This document shows, one piece after another, positions 46,831-55,531 of a stretch of DNA of 64,000 bases. Both the position numbers and the translations under genes were made by a program. Origin of the DNA: Minisyncoccota bacterium (GTDB taxonomy: Bacteria; Patescibacteriota; Minisyncoccia; Phycocordibacterales; JACRKE01); the NCBI GenBank assembly GCA_041660505.1, contig JBAZWG010000001.1:477776-541775 (forward strand), read 5' to 3'. The notes under the pieces are model-generated. The model had not been told where the DNA came from, did no database searches, and saw only the letters and a list, made by a program, of their open reading frames with translations. The first letter of the stretch is position 1. Every line of letters starts with the position of its first letter.

Positions 46831-47234
46831 TCATCCTCGCCTTGGCGGGGATTGAGTTTCTTTAAGCAAGTTATTCCGCCAGCCACCCAGCATTTTCCCT
46901 ATTTCATCAAGCTGTGTCGATAGTGTAATGTACTTTTTGTTATCAAGTATTTTTGTCTCCCACAATATGCGCATCAGAAACTTCAAAAGATCAAAACGAG
47001 CAGAAGCTTTTTCAATATACAGAAGCTTTTTCGTCCTATCTTGGAAACTTGCAGTGAAGATCAAATCTATGCATTCTAGGAATACCACGTCAATTTTCCC
47101 TCCCAGAGAGTATTTTGACTTCTTGGGTAGGTGGTCTAGGTATTCTGTCCATAGTTTATACACAGTAACCAGCCTGTCGAGTATCGTCAGGCTGTTTCGG
47201 GGGGGGGGGTACTTTTAAAGTTTTGGTTTTCCAT
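46831..47234 (-). CDS. avd: DGR accessory variability determinant (Avd-like four-helix bundle); frameshifted at G11, open from GTG 47163
   Basis: YKLW....HLPKKSKYSLGGKID, DLLKFLMRILWE, LDEIGKMLGGW. Confidence 0.85.
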
Positions 47235-47253
47235 AATTTGAGAACCCTACCAT

Positions 47254-48228
47254 ATGAGGAAACAACTTACAACAAGTTATGAAGAAATCATCAGCGTCGA
47301 GAACTTACTGCTTGCATGGCAAGAATTCGTTTCTGATAAGAGGAGCAATCCTAACGTGCAACTATTCCAGCTCCGCCTGATGGATCATATAATGTTGCTC
47401 CACTGGGAGCCTGCGAATTTTACCCATGTGCATAGTGGCTATACGCTTTCGAAAATCTTTGAGCCGAAAGAGCGCGACATTCATAAAGCCGGCGTCCGTG
47501 ATCGACTGCCCTGCCACGCGATTCATCGCAAGTTGTATCCATTCTTTGATACAACGTTTATTTCGCATTCGTACTCGTGCAGACTAAAAAAGGGCACACA
47601 CCGGGCTTGTAACTGTTTCAGAAAATTTTATATAAAAGCGAGTAGGAGTAAAAGTCGCACCTGTTGGGTATTGAAATGCGATATACGCAAATTCTTCGCC
47701 AACATCGACCACCAAATCTTGTTCGATATTCTCGCTCAATATATTCCTGACGAAAATGTGGCATGGTTACTCGAGAAAGTAATTTCCAGCTTTGAGCCCG
47801 GCCTTCCACTCGGTAATCTCACTTCACAACTATTTGTAAACATATATATGAACGAGTTCGATCAGTATGTTAAACATAAACTCAAGGCAAAGTATTATAT
47901 CAGATATGCAGATGATTTCGTATTTCTTTCAGAAGACAAAGCTTGGCTTGAGCAACTCGTTCCTGTAATTTCTGATTTTCTTAAAACTCGACTCAAACTT
48001 TCTTTACATCCCAAGAAGATTTCTATTAATACGCTCGCCTCCGGTGTCGATTTTCTTGGCTGGGTGCACTTTCCTAATTATCGCGTGCTACGGACAATGA
48101 CCAAAAAGAGGATGTTCAGGAATATCAGGCGCAAATTGCGTAATCTGGCCACTCTACAATCGTATCTGGGGTTGCTGCAACATGGCAATACGCAGAAATT
48201 ACGAAATATGCTATACTCTCACACATAG
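47254..48228 (+). CDS. DGR reverse transcriptase
   Basis: EPKERDI, RDR, SYSCR..KGTH, LKCDIRKFF, GLPLGNLTSQ, YIRYADDF, GVDFLG. Confidence 0.95.
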   Translation: MRKQLTTSYEEIISVENLLLAWQEFVSDKRSNPNVQLFQLRLMDHIMLLHWEPANFTHVHSGYTLSKIFEPKERDIHKAGVRDRLPCHAIHRKLYPFFDTTFISHSYSCRLKKGTHRACNCFRKFYIKASRSKSRTCWVLKCDIRKFFANIDHQILFDILAQYIPDENVAWLLEKVISSFEPGLPLGNLTSQLFVNIYMNEFDQYVKHKLKAKYYIRYADDFVFLSEDKAWLEQLVPVISDFLKTRLKLSLHPKKISINTLASGVDFLGWVHFPNYRVLRTMTKKRMFRNIRRKLRNLATLQSYLGLLQHGNTQKLRNMLYSHT

Positions 48229-48249
48229 CAATTAGTTAATATAAATATT

Positions 48250-48804
48250 ATGAGCAAAAAATGGTGGATTTTACTTGTCGTTGTTGTTGTGGCCCTCGGC
48301 TATTGGATGATGACTTATAACCGATTTATTAAGCTTGACCAGGGTATCCAGGGTCAATGGGCGCAGGTAGAGACGCAGTATCAGCGCCGCTTTGACCTCA
48401 TTCCTAACCTTGTAAATTCTGTGAAGGGCGCAATGACCCAAGAGCAGGCGGTATTCGATGCGATTGCAGAGGCGCGCACGCAGTATGGTGGCGCAAGAAC
48501 ACTGGATGAAAAGGTGGCCGCGACAAACCAAGTCGAATCATCGTTGTCTCGTTTGCTTGCGGTGATAGAGAATTATCCGCAACTAAAGTCGATCGACACT
48601 GTTCAAACGCTCATGGCACAGCTTGAGGGCACAGAGAATCGCATCAGCGTGGAGCGCGGAAGATTCAATGATGCAATCAAATCTTACAACACCTCCGTCC
48701 AACTTTTCCCTTCAAGTATTATTGCTAGAATCTCCGGCTTCAGTGTTAAAGCCTTCTTCGAATCTGCACCGGGCGCCGAGAAAGCTCCGGAAGTGCAGCT
48801 CTAA
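48250..48804 (+). CDS. lemA: LemA family protein
   Basis: YQRRFDLIPNLV, ENYPQLKS, LEGTENRI, FP. Confidence 0.94.
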   Translation: MSKKWWILLVVVVVALGYWMMTYNRFIKLDQGIQGQWAQVETQYQRRFDLIPNLVNSVKGAMTQEQAVFDAIAEARTQYGGARTLDEKVAATNQVESSLSRLLAVIENYPQLKSIDTVQTLMAQLEGTENRISVERGRFNDAIKSYNTSVQLFPSSIIARISGFSVKAFFESAPGAEKAPEVQL

Positions 48805-48810
48805 TTCTTG

Positions 48811-49683
48811 ATGAAAAAATTAGCACTACTTTTTCTCCTGCTCGCACCGGCAGTTTCGTCGGCATATTATCAGCTTTCACGGCCCACTGGCTTTGTGAAT
48901 GATACTGCGAATATGCTTGCGCCTGCAGATGCTACAACGCTTGAGGCGAAGATTTCGGCTTTCGAGAAAAAGTCAGGCAATGAAATTGCTATAGTCACGA
49001 TACCTTCTCTCGATGGCGACACAGTCGAGAACTTTGCCGTTAAGCTTTTTGCAGATTGGGGGATAGGGAAGAAAGATAAAGATAACGGCGTCCTGCTCCT
49101 CGTTGCCCGTGATGACAGAAAGATGAAAATAGAAGTGGGCTATGGCCTCGAGGGTGCCTTAACCGATGCGCAGAGTTATTGGATTACTCGTGATATTCTG
49201 ACGCCTGCGTTCAAGGCTGGCAATTACGCGCAGGGTATTAATGACGCGACCGACAAAATTATTTCAGCGACACAAGGCGAAGTTTTACCTACTGCTGAAC
49301 CCACAACAAATGCTGGAGATATAGACTATTTTTGGGTATTTTTCATTGCTGTGATGTTGATTGAATGGCTCGGGGCTATTCTCGCGCGCTCCAAATCGTG
49401 GTGGGCGGGTGGAGTTATTGGAGGCGCTGTTGCTGGTTTGGCCGGTTTCTTTATGGCTTCGGCCGGGATATTTATTATCTCGGCAATTGTACTTATACCC
49501 GCAGGGCTTTTGTTCGATTACATCGTTTCGAAAAATTATACGAAAGGTAAGGCGAATGGCCACTTCCCATGGTGGATTGGCGGTGGGGGCAGCGGCTGGG
49601 GCGGAGGATCCGGAGGTGGAGGGGGATTTGGCGGCTTCGGCGGAGGATCGTCCGGCGGCGGTGGAAGCTCCGGAAGCTGGTGA
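48811..49683 (+). CDS. TPM-domain membrane protein with Gly-rich tail
   Basis: WGIGKKDKDNGVLLL, IEVGYGLEGALTD, GGFGGGSSGGGGSSGSW. Confidence 0.93.
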   Translation: MKKLALLFLLLAPAVSSAYYQLSRPTGFVNDTANMLAPADATTLEAKISAFEKKSGNEIAIVTIPSLDGDTVENFAVKLFADWGIGKKDKDNGVLLLVARDDRKMKIEVGYGLEGALTDAQSYWITRDILTPAFKAGNYAQGINDATDKIISATQGEVLPTAEPTTNAGDIDYFWVFFIAVMLIEWLGAILARSKSWWAGGVIGGAVAGLAGFFMASAGIFIISAIVLIPAGLLFDYIVSKNYTKGKANGHFPWWIGGGGSGWGGGSGGGGGFGGFGGGSSGGGGSSGSW

Positions 49684-49754
49684 ACTGAACAAGTTATAAA
49701 GTTTGTAAAGTTCATAAAGTTTGAAAGTTGAAAGTTACAAAGTAGATCCAGAAG

Positions 49755-50338
49755 ATGGAAAAGAAAATAAAGTCTCGATGCACTTGGCCGAAAGATGATG
49801 CGCAAATGATTAAGTATCATGATACGGAATGGGGAGTGCCACAGCATGATGATAAAATATTGTTCGAATACATCGTACTCGACACGTTCCAGGCCGGGCT
49901 GTCATGGCAAATAATTTTGCGAAAGCGCGCGGGATTTAAAAAGGCGTTCAAAACTTCGACGTTAAGAAAGTGGCGAAGATGACGAGCGCGGATGTAGCGA
50001 GGCTTATGAAAGACACTAGCATTATCCGTAATAGGTTAAAAATAGCTGGCACGATTAAAAATGCACAAGCCTTTCTGAATGTCCAAAAAGAGTTCGGCTC
50101 ATTTGAAAAATATTTGTGGCAATGGGTAAGGAATAAGCCAATAATTCATTCACATAAACAATCAAGTGATATCGGGGCGACCTCTAAAGAATCAGATGCC
50201 TTGAGTAAAGACTTGAAAAAGCGCGGTATGACCTTCGTTGGCAGCACTATTATATATGCGTTCATGCAAGGCGCTGGCCTGGTTAATGATCATCTGATAT
50301 CATGCTTTAGATACAGAGAAATTCAAAAACTAAAATGA
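49755..50338 (+). pseudogene. tag: DNA-3-methyladenine glycosylase I, split by a single-base deletion (or sequencing error)
   Basis: RCTW...YHDTEWG, FQAGLSW in frame 1; IIRNRLKI, FVGSTIIYAFMQ..G.VNDH in frame 2; one A missing at 49950-49953. Confidence 0.85.
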
Positions 50339-50973
50339 AAATAACTAAGTTCGGGCATTCTTGTTTGCTTGTCGAGGAGGAGGGAGTTCGGCTTTTGTTC
50401 GACCCGGGGAATTATTCGACCATTCCGGAAAATCTGGCGAACATTGACGCGATAATAATTACGCACGAACATCAGGATCATTACACGCCGGAAATTCTTA
50501 AGAAAATTTTAGATACCAATAAAGACGCGCAAGTTATTACGAACTCCGGTGTCGGCGCGCAGTTAGACAAAGCCGGCATTGCCTACCAGATTATAGAAGA
50601 TGGGCAGGGGATTAAGATCGGCACAGTGGAGATTGAGGGCACTGGCACGCAACACGCGCTTATCTATCCGACGCTTCCGCGCACGGCTAACACGGGTTAT
50701 CTTGTCGCCGGCAAATTTTTTCATCCTGGTGATTCGTTCGAGACTATTCCTGCTCGGCAGGTCGAAATTCTCGCCTTGCCGGTTATTGCGCCATGGTGCA
50801 GGGTAGCCGAGGCTGTTGACTTCGCCAAGGCCATAAAACCCAAATACGCCTTCGCAATTCACGATGCGAACTTAAAATGGCCCGGTATGGCACATGGACT
50901 CTCACAGCAGATTCTCCCGAAAGAAGGTATTGATTTCCGGATTCTCGAAGACGGCAAAGAATACGAATTTTAA
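50335..50973 (+). CDS. Metallo-beta-lactamase-fold hydrolase
   Basis: GHSCLL, DPG, THEHQDH, HPGDS, IHD. Confidence 0.9.
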   Translation: MKITKFGHSCLLVEEEGVRLLFDPGNYSTIPENLANIDAIIITHEHQDHYTPEILKKILDTNKDAQVITNSGVGAQLDKAGIAYQIIEDGQGIKIGTVEIEGTGTQHALIYPTLPRTANTGYLVAGKFFHPGDSFETIPARQVEILALPVIAPWCRVAEAVDFAKAIKPKYAFAIHDANLKWPGMAHGLSQQILPKEGIDFRILEDGKEYEF

Positions 50974-50983
50974 AAACTAATCT

Positions 50984-51373
50984 ATGCGTATCTACATTTC
51001 ACACGCGACCGACAAAAATTATGATTTTCGCGAATTTCTTTACGAACCTTTGCAGGCGTCGCCTTTGGCGAAAGAGCATATATTTATCTTCCCACATGAA
51101 CGGGACTATGGCAGTGAGCCCCACAACATGAAAGACGAGATAATAAGATCAAGCTTCGTCTTGGCAGAAGTCTCGTATCCTTCAACGGGTTCAGGAATAG
51201 AGCTTGGCTGGGCGAGCGAACACGGCAAGCAAATATTCTGTTTGTATCAATACGGCCGTGACTATTCCCGCAGTTTACTCGTCCTGACCAAGCATATCGA
51301 CCACTACTCCGGCGCGACTGAGTTGGTCCAGAAAATAACGGATTTTATCAAAGATAATCCGCAGTTGCGATAA
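50984..51373 (+). CDS. Nucleoside 2-deoxyribosyltransferase-like protein
   Basis: IYISH, AEVSYPSTGSGIELGWA. Confidence 0.78.
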   Translation: MRIYISHATDKNYDFREFLYEPLQASPLAKEHIFIFPHERDYGSEPHNMKDEIIRSSFVLAEVSYPSTGSGIELGWASEHGKQIFCLYQYGRDYSRSLLVLTKHIDHYSGATELVQKITDFIKDNPQLR

Positions 51374-51379
51374 GCGGTA

Positions 51380-51408
51380 TTGACAACGAATAATGGTACG
51401 TTTATACT
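51380..51408 (+). promoter_or_regulatory. sigma70 promoter of mazEF
   Basis: TTGACA-17 nt-TATACT. Confidence 0.8.
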
Positions 51409-51434
51409 ATGTTTATACATGAGTAATCAAGATT

Positions 51435-51731
51435 ATGACTACGAAATTACGCGAATGGGGAAATAGTTATGCGTTGGGCTTGCCAAAAGCCGCTCTTGGA
51501 AAGTTGAACCTTAAGCCTGGCGACGAACTTACACTAGAGATTAGGAACGGAGCTTATGTATATAAACCAGTCAAAAAAGGTCCGAGAATTCCGACCCTCG
51601 ACGAGATGATTGCCAGCATTCCAGAAGGTGGCATCAAAAACGAGTGGGAAGATGTTATTGACGTCGGACGTGAAATTGTCGAATGGAATGAAAAGATATT
51701 ACCCAAAAAGAGGCGACGTCGTTTGGGTTAG
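51435..51731 (+). CDS. mazE: AbrB/MazE family antitoxin
   Basis: WGNSYALGLPK, TLDEMI, VGREI. Confidence 0.88.
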   Translation: MTTKLREWGNSYALGLPKAALGKLNLKPGDELTLEIRNGAYVYKPVKKGPRIPTLDEMIASIPEGGIKNEWEDVIDVGREIVEWNEKILPKKRRRRLG

Positions 51732-52023
51732 TCTCGACCCTGCGCTCGGACATGAACAAAATGGGAGACGGCCCGTCGTTGTTTTGTCGCCAGAAGAGTA
51801 CAACTGCCGCACGGGGATTTTTGTCTGTTGTCCAATATCAACCAAAGTTAAAGGATATCAGTTCGAAGTTGCAATATCATCAAATGGTATTGTTGGTGTA
51901 GTGCAAGCTGACCAAATCAGAACGCTTGACTGGATAACTCGCCAAATTAAATACCACGGTGTCATCAATTCAGAAACGCTTTTACAAGTTCAAGCGAGAA
52001 TTGTCGCACTTATAACAAAGTAA
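51688..52023 (+). CDS. mazF: MazF/PemK endoribonuclease toxin
   Basis: PKRGDVVWVSLDP..GHEQ.GRRPVVVLS, PISTKVKGY.FEV, DQIRTLDW. Confidence 0.93.
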   Translation: MKRYYPKRGDVVWVSLDPALGHEQNGRRPVVVLSPEEYNCRTGIFVCCPISTKVKGYQFEVAISSNGIVGVVQADQIRTLDWITRQIKYHGVINSETLLQVQARIVALITK

Positions 52024-52027
52024 CTGC

Positions 52028-52537
52028 ATGCGGGCGAAGAAAATTTCACTCACACACGCTAAACCGGAGAAGCTTTTTTACTTCGTCGCTAATGTGGTTA
52101 TTTACAGGGCAAAAGATAGAAGATGTCTGATATTAAAGCGCGATGAACGGGAAAAGGTTCATCCGGGCAAGTGGGCGGTGCCGGGAGGGAAGCTGGAATG
52201 GAAGGATCTGCCAGTGAAGCATCCGACCCGTGTGAACGGCGACGTACTAGATTATGAAAACAAAGTCGAAGATTTGCTCGCGCGCGAAGCGCTCGAGGAG
52301 GCCAATGTAAAAATAAAAGGCCCGCTTAAATATATAAACAGCGTCGCGTTTATTAGGCCGGACGAGACACCGGTTATACTGGTGAAGTTTGCGGCGCAGT
52401 ATTTAAGTGGTAATGTTGTACCAGAGAAAGGCGGCTTCACCGACCTCGCTTGGGTTAATGCGAAAGAGGTTAAAGAGTATCGTTGCATAAAGGGAGTTGA
52501 CAAAGAAGTTAAACAAACAATAAAATTATTCAGCTAA
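52028..52537 (+). CDS. NUDIX hydrolase
   Basis: WAVPGGKLE...LAREALEEAN Nudix box with insertion. Confidence 0.88.
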   Translation: MRAKKISLTHAKPEKLFYFVANVVIYRAKDRRCLILKRDEREKVHPGKWAVPGGKLEWKDLPVKHPTRVNGDVLDYENKVEDLLAREALEEANVKIKGPLKYINSVAFIRPDETPVILVKFAAQYLSGNVVPEKGGFTDLAWVNAKEVKEYRCIKGVDKEVKQTIKLFS

Positions 52538-52551
52538 TTTAATTTTTTAAA

Positions 52552-53280
52552 ATGATATTTATCATTGCCATCGCCACGTCTATCTTCACTCTCCTCGGCG
52601 GACTTTTTGCTTTGAAGTACAGCGACAAGTTGCATCTTATTCTCGGCTTCAGTGCCGGGGCGGTGCTCGGTGTGGCCTTCTTCGACCTTATGCCGGAGGC
52701 CATGGCGCTCATTGGAGGAACAGAAGATCATCTCACTGTAACGACTGTCTTGGCTTTCGGCTTCGGGCTATTTATGATACTGGACCGTACTATCTCCGGT
52801 TTGAGTCATAATGGTGAAGAAGCAGTCAATGAGACGCATCATCACGATGGCAAACTTGGCGCTTTAGCACTTATTACACACAGCTTTCTTGATGGGCTTG
52901 GTATCGGCCTGGCCTTTCAGGTCTCCGTTGCGGTCGGCGCCGTTGTTGCGGTGGCAGTACTCGTACACGACTTCTCCGATGGTATCAATACGGTTAATAT
53001 GATACTCAAGGGCACAAGAGAAAAAGTTCGCGCTCTAAAGTGGCTTGCGGCCGATGCAGTAGCGCCCTTACTGGGCGTATTGGTAGGCTCGCAGTTTATA
53101 CTTACTGACAACCAACTCGGCATGGTGCTCGCCTTGTTTGCTGGCTTCTTCTTCTATATAGGAGCCTCCGATTTGCTCCCCGAGAGCCACCATAGGCATC
53201 CCAAGCCTTGGACGACGATCTCGACCGTCCTCGGTATGCTCATTATCTATTTTGCTATCACCCTTGCAATGAAGGGGTAG
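52552..53280 (+). CDS. ZIP family metal transporter
   Basis: FSAG..LGVAFFDLMPEA, HSFLDG, HDFSDG, DLLPESH. Confidence 0.92.
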   Translation: MIFIIAIATSIFTLLGGLFALKYSDKLHLILGFSAGAVLGVAFFDLMPEAMALIGGTEDHLTVTTVLAFGFGLFMILDRTISGLSHNGEEAVNETHHHDGKLGALALITHSFLDGLGIGLAFQVSVAVGAVVAVAVLVHDFSDGINTVNMILKGTREKVRALKWLAADAVAPLLGVLVGSQFILTDNQLGMVLALFAGFFFYIGASDLLPESHHRHPKPWTTISTVLGMLIIYFAITLAMKG

Positions 53281-53340
53281 GCGGGGTCTAATTAATAAAA
53301 CCCTTCAGTTTTGGCCTGAAATAAGGTATAATCGCGCCAA

Positions 53341-54132
53341 ATGCCCGAAATATCCCTAAAGGCCGAAGAACTGTTCCATATAGGCAGTTTGCCGATAACT
53401 AACACGTATCTGGTCTCATTTTTAGCTCTTTTTGGGTTGGTTGTCGTTGGCATGATACTGAACGAGAAGATTAAGCTTTCTGTCGGCTGGTTGCAAAATA
53501 TCGTCGAGGTTGTTCTCGAAGCTTTGCTCGAACTCATGGAGTCGGTGCTTGGCTCGCGCGAAGCGGCAGAGAAATATTTGCCGCTTATTGCGACTATCTT
53601 TCTCTTTGTCATTACTTCGAACTGGCTCGGACTATTGCCAGGGATGGGCTCGATACTTTTTCATACAGAAGAAGGTATCGTCCCCCTCTTGCGTTCACCG
53701 GCAAGCGATTTGAACTTTACACTTGCGATCGCAATATCATCCGTTGTGGCGGCGAACCTGCTCGGTATGATTAAACTCGGATTCTTCGGGCATCTTGGTA
53801 AATTCTTCAACTTCAGCGACCCAATCAATTTCTTCGTCGGTATTCTCGAGCTGGTCTCAGAATTCGCAAAAGTTGTTTCGTTCTCATTCCGTCTCTTTGG
53901 CAATGTCTTCGCCGGGGAGGTGCTCCTTACCATCGTTGCTTTTCTTGTCGGCTATATTGTCCCATTGCCGTTCATGTTTCTTGAGATATTTGTCGGATTT
54001 ATCCAGGCTTTCGTCTTCGCTATGCTTACCCTGGTCTTCCTCGGGTTGCATACCACCTCTCACGATGCTCACGCAGAAGCCGGAGCACACAGCCAAGGTT
54101 CAACCTTAAGCACCCAAAAGGTTGAACCTTAA
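53341..54132 (+). CDS. atpB: F0 ATP synthase subunit a
   Basis: NWLGLLPG, SFSFRLFGNVFAGE, IQAFVFAML. Confidence 0.96.
   Translation: MPEISLKAEELFHIGSLPITNTYLVSFLALFGLVVVGMILNEKIKLSVGWLQNIVEVVLEALLELMESVLGSREAAEKYLPLIATIFLFVITSNWLGLLPGMGSILFHTEEGIVPLLRSPASDLNFTLAIAISSVVAANLLGMIKLGFFGHLGKFFNFSDPINFFVGILELVSEFAKVVSFSFRLFGNVFAGEVLLTIVAFLVGYIVPLPFMFLEIFVGFIQAFVFAMLTLVFLGLHTTSHDAHAEAGAHSQGSTLSTQKVEP
54095..54130. repeat. AGG-N5-CCT palindromic element forming the atpB C-terminus
   Basis: aaggttcaacctt-aagcacccaa-aaggttgaacctt = QGSTLSTQKVEP*. Confidence 0.88.
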
Positions 54133-54173
54133 GAATTCAATTGTCGAATTAATTAATAATTAGTAATTAGTAA

Positions 54174-54410
<237 letters not shown>

Positions 54411-54413
54411 GGG

Positions 54414-54452
54414 CGCCAAGGAGAGACCTCCCTCTGGAGGACTCACCTTAGC
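54414..54452. repeat. AGG-N5-CCT palindromic element between atpE and atpF
   Basis: cgccaaggagagacctccctctggaggactcaccttagcg. Confidence 0.85.
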
Positions 54453-54461
54453 GGCTAAATT

Positions 54462-54971
54462 ATGGAAGATTTCGTCTTAAAATTCGGGGTGGATTGGAAG
54501 CTCTTGCTCTCGCAAGTGGTGAACTTCTTGATCCTGCTTGTGATACTCCGCTTGGTCGCGTACAAGCCGATAATCGAGATTCTGAAGAAGCGTAAGGCGC
54601 ATATTGATGAAGGTCTCGCCAATGCCGATGCGGCCGATAAACGCTTGAGTGAGATAGAGATACTTAAGCGCGGCCAGATGGCTAAGGCCGAAGCCGAGGC
54701 GCAAGCTCTAATGAAGGCGACCGAGGATAGAGCTAAGGATCGCGAGGCAGAACTTATGACGGCAGCGAATAAGAAAGTCGAAACCGCTCTTGCTGAAGCA
54801 AAGAAGCTTATATTGGCCAAGCGAGCAGAGTCAGAAGCGGAGATCGGCAAAGAAGCGGTGGCAATGGTCAAAGAAGCCTTGCTCAAAACAGTCGCACTGG
54901 ACCCAAGTGCCGTGCACGAGGCTCTGGTTAAAGAAGCACTGGCCAAGGTTTCAGAAGGCGAAACCTTCTAG
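54462..54971 (+). CDS. atpF: F0 ATP synthase subunit b
   Basis: GVDW....QVVNFLIL...YKPI...L..R; coiled coil. Confidence 0.93.
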   Translation: MEDFVLKFGVDWKLLLSQVVNFLILLVILRLVAYKPIIEILKKRKAHIDEGLANADAADKRLSEIEILKRGQMAKAEAEAQALMKATEDRAKDREAELMTAANKKVETALAEAKKLILAKRAESEAEIGKEAVAMVKEALLKTVALDPSAVHEALVKEALAKVSEGETF

Positions 54972-54997
54972 ATGCCCAAGGTTTCGCCTTCTGAAAC
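54948..54997. repeat. AGG-N5-CCT palindromic element overlapping the atpF stop
   Basis: gtttcagaaggcgaaacctt-ctagatgccc-aaggtttcgccttctgaaac. Confidence 0.85.
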
Positions 54998-55005
54998 TAA
55001 ACATT

Positions 55006-55419
55006 ATGAAATTCACCCCTCAACAATTCGCCAACGCATTCGTCGAAGCAATCCAAGAAGCTCGGCTTCTCAAAACAGAGCCCGGAAGCCGAGCTTCTGA
55101 AGCAGAAATCATTGCCCGAGCGGCAGATATTCTTAAGAAAGCGGGTAAAGAAAATAAACTTCCGCAAATCATTCTCGCTATCGAATCGGCTTGGGCCAAG
55201 AAGACCGGCGCCAGAAAGTTTACACTTCGTTCGACTTTACCGCTTAAAGATAATGCGATAAAAAGTTTGACCAAAGCGCTACAGCTCACAGACCGAGATT
55301 CTGTAGAGACGCATCTTGATCCGCACCTTGTCGCCGGCGTGATCGTTTCTGAAAATGAAAGTCGCGTCCTAGATTTATCGTTCCGTTCCCGCGTTAATAA
55401 ATTATTCGCTACTGCATGA
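55006..55419 (+). CDS. atpH: F1 ATP synthase subunit delta (short)
   Basis: Position in operon; DPHLVAGVIV...LDLSFRSRV C-terminal motif. Confidence 0.85.
   Translation: MKFTPQQFANAFVEAIQEARLLKTEPGSRASEAEIIARAADILKKAGKENKLPQIILAIESAWAKKTGARKFTLRSTLPLKDNAIKSLTKALQLTDRDSVETHLDPHLVAGVIVSENESRVLDLSFRSRVNKLFATA
55056..55098. repeat. Palindromic element (AAG-CTCGG-CTT variant), in-frame in atpH
   Basis: agaagctcggcttc-tcaaaacagagcccg-gaagccgagcttct = EARLLKTEPGSRAS. Confidence 0.82.
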
Positions 55420-55531
55420 ATTACTTTTTAAAATCCCTTAGCCCCATTCCGCCAACTTCTTGGAACTTGCAAACAGATGGCGGAACGGCACGCCCCCGCC
55501 TAGGATTTTAAAAAGTAATTCATTCCATATT

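Larger units (their letters stand above)
45677..48228. mobile_element. Diversity-generating retroelement (target-VR, TR, avd, RT)
   Basis: 124-nt VR/TR pair with adenine-specific mismatches, four-helix-bundle Avd, DGR-class RT. Confidence 0.95.

Noticed and set aside
46690-46923. 77-aa ORF resembling the C-terminus of the DGR target
   Set aside because: It is the translation of the TR (Asn/Asp-rich AAC/GAC codons), not an independent gene
47254-48228. RT as a group II intron or retron RT
   Set aside because: The GNLTSQ motif, the lack of maturase/endonuclease domains and the adjacent TR/VR and Avd identify it as DGR-type
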